Below are positions 30,044-35,317 of a DNA stretch of 35,317 nucleotides, piece after piece. A model generated the notes under the pieces. The model saw only the letters and a list, made by a program, of their open reading frames with translations, was not told where the DNA came from and did not search any database. Within the stretch, counting starts at the first letter, position 1. The number at the start of each line of letters is the position of its first letter. Where the stretch lies: positions 1 to 35,317 of the forward strand of contig CALVVK010000003.1 of the NCBI GenBank assembly GCA_944363825.1. Direction: 5' to 3'. The DNA is from an uncultured Bacilli bacterium (GTDB lineage: Bacteria > Bacillota_I > Bacilli_A > RF39 > UBA660). The translations under genes and the position numbers were made by a program.

Positions 30044-30439
30044 CTAATTTTCATTTGGAACAACTGTTAGGGTTGCACCATTTTCATCAACTCTTATCAG
30101 ATTAATTGTATATTCTAATTTTAATTTATCGATAGTTACCGATAATGGGGTTAAAGTCCCTAGTTCAACATATGCAAATTTAGCATCATTTAAAACTAAT
30201 AACTTAACAACATATTGGCCTTCGCCATTGCAGCCTTCTCCTTGACAATGGTTATCTTCAATGTCTAATAACTTGACAATGACTTGATCTTCTATAACAG
30301 CATAGTCCATTTCTTGTAACGTAAAATTTATGTCAAAATAAGTGTTAATTTTTTCACAGTCGATAAAGAATTTGTAAATAAAAATTCCCAATAAAACTAA
30401 TATTACTAATCCAATAATTATGCCAATTTTCTTTTTCAT
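30044..30439 (-). CDS. N-terminally membrane-anchored hypothetical protein
   Basis: MKKK plus a hydrophobic helix; Cys pair DNHCQGEGC; ATGA-type 4-bp overlap with gltX. Confidence 0.75.
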   Translation of the reverse strand: MKKKIGIIIGLVILVLLGIFIYKFFIDCEKINTYFDINFTLQEMDYAVIEDQVIVKLLDIEDNHCQGEGCNGEGQYVVKLLVLNDAKFAYVELGTLTPLSVTIDKLKLEYTINLIRVDENGATLTVVPNEN

Positions 30440-31854
30440 TTTAATCTTTCAAGTATTACATCTTGGCCAATTAAATAAATGGTATCAGCAAGTTCGGGGC
30501 CGTGCATTAAGCCACTTACTTTGATTCTGATTGGCATATATAGTAATTTTCCTTTAACATTTACTTTATTTTTAACATTATTAATAGCATTATTAATGTT
30601 ATCAACAGTCCACTCTGGGATATTTTCTATTTCACTTTTAAAACATTCTATAACATCTGGTATTATCGGATCACTATCTAAAAATTCTTGAGCCTCAGTA
30701 TCAATATTTATATCAGCCTTAAAGAAATCTTTAGTTAGTTCATCAATTTCTTTACCATAATTTAAATGATCTTTATAAACTAGTAACAATTTATTAACCC
30801 ATTCATCTGATTTTGTAGTTGTATCTTGCATAAAATAGTTTTTAATCCAAGTCAAATATTCGGTATCATTCATTTTTTTGATATATTGATGATTAAACCA
30901 TTCTAATTTCTTGACATCATATTGACTAGATGATTTACTAATTCGCGTTTCATCAAAATTTTTGATAAGTTCATCCATAGTAAACAATTCTTGATTAGTG
31001 GCAGGACTCCAGCCTAAAAGACTTAAGTAATTGACGATGGCTGCTGGTAAGAAACCATCATTATAAAGATCCATGAATGATGCATCACCATTACGTTTGG
31101 ATAATTTTGTACCATCTTCACCAAGAACCATAGCAACATGGGCATAAATTGGTTTTTCCCAACCAAAGGCCTCATATAAAAGGTTGTACTTGGCGGTTTG
31201 ATCTAAATACTCTTTACCGCGGATGACATGAGTTATGGCCATTAAGTGATCATCTATTACATTGGCAAAATTATAAGTAGGAAAACCATCACTTTTCAGT
31301 AATATTTGATCATCCAAAATACTATTATCGATTTTTATCTTACCATAAATTAGATCTTCAACTACTGTTACTCCGGTTTTAGGCATTTTTTGTCTAATTA
31401 CATAAGGCATGCCTTTTTCAATATTTGCTTGAACAGTTTCTGGACTAAGGCGCGAACAACGGCCATCATAAAGAAATGGTTTCTTGCGTTTATTTGCTAG
31501 TTCCCGCATTTCATTTAGTTCTTCTTCGGAACAAAAACAATAGTAGGCTTTCCCCATCTTAACTAATTCTTCAGCATATTTTTTATAAATTTCTTTTCTT
31601 GCACTTTGGATATAAGGGCCATAACCTTTATCATTGTTCGGTCCTTCATCGATTACAAAGCCACATAATTCTAAAGTTTTATAAATAAAATCAATTGCTC
31701 CCGGAACTTCTCTTTGTTGATCAGTATCTTCAATTCTAAGAATAAACGACCCATCATATTTTTTCGCGAGCAAATACTCAAATATAGCAGTTCTTAAATT
31801 TCCTATATGCATATACCCTGTTGGACTTGGGGCAAAACGTGTTCTTACTTTCAT
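30436..31854 (-). CDS. gltX: glutamate--tRNA ligase
   Basis: RFAPSPTGYMHIG, LRIEDTD, YCFC and KLSKR. Confidence 0.97.
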   Translation of the reverse strand: MKVRTRFAPSPTGYMHIGNLRTAIFEYLLAKKYDGSFILRIEDTDQQREVPGAIDFIYKTLELCGFVIDEGPNNDKGYGPYIQSARKEIYKKYAEELVKMGKAYYCFCSEEELNEMRELANKRKKPFLYDGRCSRLSPETVQANIEKGMPYVIRQKMPKTGVTVVEDLIYGKIKIDNSILDDQILLKSDGFPTYNFANVIDDHLMAITHVIRGKEYLDQTAKYNLLYEAFGWEKPIYAHVAMVLGEDGTKLSKRNGDASFMDLYNDGFLPAAIVNYLSLLGWSPATNQELFTMDELIKNFDETRISKSSSQYDVKKLEWFNHQYIKKMNDTEYLTWIKNYFMQDTTTKSDEWVNKLLLVYKDHLNYGKEIDELTKDFFKADINIDTEAQEFLDSDPIIPDVIECFKSEIENIPEWTVDNINNAINNVKNKVNVKGKLLYMPIRIKVSGLMHGPELADTIYLIGQDVILERLK

Positions 31855-31910
31855 AATATTTCAACTCCACCCTTATTTTATCAAACTATTTGGTAAAAGT
31901 CCATGAATAT

Positions 31911-31946
31911 AAAACCCTAATCAAGCAATAAAACTTAATTAGGGTT
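31911..31946 (-). terminator. intrinsic terminator
   Basis: 13-bp stem AACCCTAATTAAG/CTTGATTAGGGTT with one G-U pair, 5 nt after the stop of the start-less frame. Confidence 0.7.
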
Positions 31947-31951
31947 AATCT

Positions 31952-32272
31952 TTACATGCCAATTATATAAGGATCACTTATTGAACCATTACCATCAATT
32001 ACATAGACTGATGAGTCGAGATATAAAGTAGGTCTGACTGCATGGCCATAATGAGAGTAATCTTCATTAACATAACCAAAATCAAATATATAAAATATTT
32101 TATTTGAAGTAGATGTTACTTGGGTTAATGTAAAATTATATCCAAATTCATGTAACCAATTTTGAGTAGTACAATTTTTAGTATTATATGCATCTAAAGT
32201 TATTGTTCTTGAACAATTGTTAGACTTAGCAACAATATTTAAAGTATCTATTAGCGAAATAATTACTAAGAA
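31952..32272 (-). pseudogene. start-less 106-codon frame resembling the C-terminus of a CLec-fold (DUF6273-like) surface protein
   Basis: Hand-translated ...NNCSRTITLDAYNTKNCTTQNWLHEFGYNFTLTQ...GHAVRPTLYLDSSVYVIDGNGSISDPYIIGM*; no internal stop; no in-frame ATG/GTG/TTG except the last codon. Confidence 0.65.
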
Positions 32273-32487
32273 TTAAAATACTTAAGGTTTTGGATTAATA
32301 CCTTGGTATTTTTTTTCAGATCTTTTTTACTCATTTTATATCTTTTAGCGTAGTAACTTAAATTTTTTAAAGTATGTTCTAAAAATAATAATGTTTCTTC
32401 ATAATCAGTGTGCTTTAAAAATTCCGTGGTAAAAGTTATTCCATCTAAAAAGCCTTGTCGATAATATTTATAATTTTTCTTAAACAT
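32266..32487 (-). CDS. small basic hypothetical protein (73 aa)
   Basis: ORF co-oriented 24 nt downstream of trxB; weak SD; no recognised motif. Confidence 0.5.
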   Translation of the reverse strand: MFKKNYKYYRQGFLDGITFTTEFLKHTDYEETLLFLEHTLKNLSYYAKRYKMSKKDLKKNTKVLIQNLKYFNS

Positions 32488-32511
32488 AATATCACTATTA
32501 AAGTGTATGTT

Positions 32512-33387
32512 TTATTTCATATGATATATTACTCTTGCCCCATCAGATGCTGCCGTTACAAGTTGGTAGATATCTTTTTTGATGACATCACCAATCGCAT
32601 AGACACCGTTAATTGGCGTTTGGAAGTTTTCATCAACAATAATATAACCATCTTGATCTAATATTTCTTGAGGAACAATTTCAGTTGCCGGCCGGTAGCC
32701 AATATAGATAAATACCCCAGCAACATTAATAGTTTTTCCCGTATCTAAAGTAACAGATGTTAATTTGCCATCTTCTTCATTCATTTTCTTAATATTAGCA
32801 TTATAAATTATTTCAATCTTCTTATTGTTTTTTACTTCATCAACTAGCATGGCATCACCGCGGAAACCATCACGGCGGTTGATAAGGTAGATTTTATTAA
32901 CAATTTTGGCTAAATACAAGGATTCTTGTAAAGCACTATTACCTGTACCTACTACAGCGATATCTTTATCTTTATAGAAGAAAGCATCACACATGGCACA
33001 AGTTGATAACCCGCGACCTAAAAGATCATTTTCATTATCTAACCCTAAATATTTAGGTTTACGACCCATGGCTAAGATAACATTTTTGGCCTTATAGGTA
33101 GCATTAGTTGTGGTAACTACCTTTTCTACATCCGTAAAATCGAGTTCTGTAACTTGCTCTAACTTATAGGGAATATCTAATGTTTTAACTTGTTCTAATA
33201 ACTTACTAGCAAAATCGGGTCCCATAATATCAGGCAGTCCCGGATAGTTACTGATTAAATCGATATTGTTAAGTAAACCACCAGGCATAGCCCCATCTAG
33301 CATTAATACTTTTTTATTACTTCGCTTGGCGTAAATCGCTGCGGTAATACCACTAATACCCATACCAACAATAATAATGTCGTACAA
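32512..33387 (-). CDS. trxB: thioredoxin-disulfide reductase family protein
   Basis: GMGISG, GG....D.ISNYPG, CAMCD (CxxC), GTGNSA and AIGDV; start revised to TTG at 33387 (SD AGGGGTG). Confidence 0.88.
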   Translation of the reverse strand: MYDIIIVGMGISGITAAIYAKRSNKKVLMLDGAMPGGLLNNIDLISNYPGLPDIMGPDFASKLLEQVKTLDIPYKLEQVTELDFTDVEKVVTTTNATYKAKNVILAMGRKPKYLGLDNENDLLGRGLSTCAMCDAFFYKDKDIAVVGTGNSALQESLYLAKIVNKIYLINRRDGFRGDAMLVDEVKNNKKIEIIYNANIKKMNEEDGKLTSVTLDTGKTINVAGVFIYIGYRPATEIVPQEILDQDGYIIVDENFQTPINGVYAIGDVIKKDIYQLVTAASDGARVIYHMK

Positions 33388-33400
33388 AATAATCACCCCT

Positions 33401-34210
33401 TTAAAATTTTATTGTTTCTGTTTCATCTTGATCATATAAATCTTCATACCGCCCTTTTCGGCTGGTAATCATAATAATAATTAAACCTACAACTATCATA
33501 ATTACGGATACTATTTGGGCTACTTTGAAGCCTCCGAGCATCAAGGAATCGGTGCGCATTGTTTCGATAAAGAAACGTCCTAGGCCATACCACATTAAAT
33601 ATAAGGCTGTTGGTTGACCTACTTTCGTAATTTTTAAACGACGAACAATTAAAATTACGATAAAACCTAAAATACACCAAATGGATTCGTATAAAAATGT
33701 CGGTTCATAATAAACACCACCGATATTCATGCCTTCAATAATAAAGTTAGGCAAATGAAGGCTTTGCAAATGTGCCAGTGTTGTTGCGGCCCCATGGGCT
33801 TCTTGATTGAAGAAATTTCCCCACCGACCTATGGCTTGGGCTAAAAGTAAGGCTGGAACAATAAAATCGAGCATCCGAACTGTTCGTACCTTATATTTTT
33901 TACAATATAAGTAACAGGTTAAAAGACCAAAGATGATGCCCCCATGAATGGCTAGACCACCTTCCCAAATTTTGAAAATATCCCAAAAGTTAGAATACAT
34001 GTCTAAATTAAATAAAACATAATAAAGACGGGCTCCAATAACACCAAAAATTATTGTCCAAAAACACATGTTGAAAACAAATTCTTTTGGATAATTATAA
34101 CGTTTGGCTTCTCTAATAATCATAAATATGGCTAAAACGGCTCCCACAACAATGAGAACAGAATACCATTCAATTTTAACATCACCAATTGTAATAATGT
34201 ATCGATCCAT
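33401..34210 (-). CDS. lgt: prolipoprotein diacylglyceryl transferase
   Basis: GARLYYV, GGLAIHGG, QAIGRWGNFFNQE and PTFLYES; start at 34210 or 34213. Confidence 0.96.
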   Translation of the reverse strand: MDRYIITIGDVKIEWYSVLIVVGAVLAIFMIIREAKRYNYPKEFVFNMCFWTIIFGVIGARLYYVLFNLDMYSNFWDIFKIWEGGLAIHGGIIFGLLTCYLYCKKYKVRTVRMLDFIVPALLLAQAIGRWGNFFNQEAHGAATTLAHLQSLHLPNFIIEGMNIGGVYYEPTFLYESIWCILGFIVILIVRRLKITKVGQPTALYLMWYGLGRFFIETMRTDSLMLGGFKVAQIVSVIMIVVGLIIIMITSRKGRYEDLYDQDETETIKF

Positions 34211-34261
34211 CAAAATCACTCTCCATATATTAATTATTATATCAAGGAAATTAATAGAAAT

Positions 34262-35317
34262 CTATTTATTTTCACTTAAAATTTTCTTTAAGAACTCACC
34301 AGTATAAGAATACCCGCATTTAGCAACTTCTTCCGGAGTACCGGTGGCAATAACTTTGCCCCCATTTTTACCGCCATCAGGACCTAAGTCAATTATATAA
34401 TCAGCAACTTTAATGACATCTAAATTATGTTCAATAACAATAACTGTATCCCCATTATCAACAATCCGGTTTAATATTACAAGTAGTTTTTTGATGTCAT
34501 CAGTATGTAGTCCAGTTGTTGGTTCATCGAGAATAAATAGGGATTTCCCAGCGGCTTTCTTTTGTAATTCTTTGGCCAGTTTGACACGTCCGGCTTCCCC
34601 ACCCGATAAAGTTGGGGCTGGTTGACCTAATTTAATATATGAAAGACCAACATCCATCATTACTTTAAGTTTATTATAAATTTTAGGAACATTGGCGAAG
34701 AATTCAATGGCTTCACTAACCCGCATGTCTAAAACATCAGCGATATTTTTTCCCTTATATTTAATTTCCAAGGTTTCCCGATTATATCTTTTACCTTTAC
34801 AAACATCACAAGGAACATAGACATCAGCAAGAAAATGCATTTCAATTTTTTTAACACCATCGCCCCAACAATTTTCGCATCTTCCTCCTTTAACATTAAA
34901 TGAAAACCGACTTTTGTCATAACCGCGCATTTTAGCCTCTTTGGTAGTGGTAAATAAATCGCGGATATCATCGAATACTCCCACATATGTTGCTGGATTA
35001 CTCCTTGGGGTTCTCCCAATAGCATCTTGGGTAATTTGCACAACTTTATCGACGTTTTCTAAGCCCTTAATTTCCCGACATTTGCCTGGGACTACTTTAC
35101 TACGATATAAATTATTGGCTAAAGTTTTATATAATACCTCGTTAATAAGAGATGATTTTCCTGATCCTGATACCCCGGTGATAACGACAAATTTATTTAA
35201 AGGAATATCAACAGAGATATTCTTCAAGTTATTTTCTTTAGCCCCTTTAATATTTATTTTCTTACCATTACCTTTTCTTCTGGTGGCAGGAATAGCAATT
35301 TTTTCAATTCCACTTAA
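34262..35317 (-). CDS. uvrA: excinuclease ABC subunit A, 3' part (truncated by the window edge)
   Basis: Frame is open to the window end; [16 protein letters not shown], zinc finger CENC...CDVC, LSGGE and LDEPTTGLH. Confidence 0.97.
   Translation of the reverse strand, partial: LSGIEKIAIPATRRKGNGKKINIKGAKENNLKNISVDIPLNKFVVITGVSGSGKSSLINEVLYKTLANNLYRSKVVPGKCREIKGLENVDKVVQITQDAIGRTPRSNPATYVGVFDDIRDLFTTTKEAKMRGYDKSRFSFNVKGGRCENCWGDGVKKIEMHFLADVYVPCDVCKGKRYNRETLEIKYKGKNIADVLDMRVSEAIEFFANVPKIYNKLKVMMDVGLSYIKLGQPAPTLSGGEAGRVKLAKELQKKAAGKSLFILDEPTTGLHTDDIKKLLVILNRIVDNGDTVIVIEHNLDVIKVADYIIDLGPDGGKNGGKVIATGTPEEVAKCGYSYTGEFLKKILSENK

Noticed and set aside
31952-32272. DGR template repeat interpretation of the orphan CLec-like frame
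   Set aside because: No reverse transcriptase or matching variable repeat in the window, and the 3' part is not dominated by AAC/AAT codons as a template repeat would be
32260-32280. Programmed -1 frameshift joining the 73-aa ORF to the cassette
   Set aside because: The -1 frame has a TAA at 32275-32273, leaving only a few nt of overlap, and there is no canonical slippery heptamer
4552-34625. Plus-strand ORFs of 63-101 aa in the track
   Set aside because: All lie mostly or wholly antisense to well-supported genes, with no recognisable motifs; treated as shadow ORFs
33444-35043. Alternative-frame minus-strand ORFs 33444-33680 and 34729-35043
   Set aside because: Nested within lgt and uvrA with no independent evidence
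1-35317. Genetic code 4 (TGA=Trp) as in Mycoplasma
   Set aside because: Conserved genes are full length under code 11, and TGA terminates genes (NUDIX at 6629, ldh at 25406)

Overview
AT-rich chromosomal window from a low-GC Firmicute using genetic code 11 (TGA serves as a stop). Gene content and style suggest a reduced-genome, RF39-like Bacilli lineage, but that assignment is inference. Almost every gene is on the minus strand. The housekeeping backbone comprises uvrA (partial), lgt, trxB, gltX, cysS, a D,D-carboxypeptidase, uppS, ldh, a MurF-like ligase and ddl, dgkA, csaA, tyrS with a Tyr T-box, argS, uvrB and a CBS-domain pyrophosphatase, interspersed with accessory genes. The ORF track misses several notable elements. 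(1) A complete-looking convergent type I toxin-antitoxin locus at 37-296: a 27-aa membrane peptide with a sequestered SD and a ~65-nt antisense RNA with its own promoter and terminator. (2) A start-less but uninterrupted 106-codon frame at 31952-32272 resembling the C-terminus of CLec-fold variable surface proteins, possibly a silent cassette. (3) A 38-aa cupin remnant. Also of note are a tightly coupled acyl-adenylating enzyme / acyltransferase / 7TM hybrid kinase operon that could be a lipid-signal make-and-sense module, and a triple-repeat element at the promoter of an AAA+/DUF4143-like gene. No rRNA, tRNA, CRISPR array, transposase, integrase or reverse transcriptase was seen.
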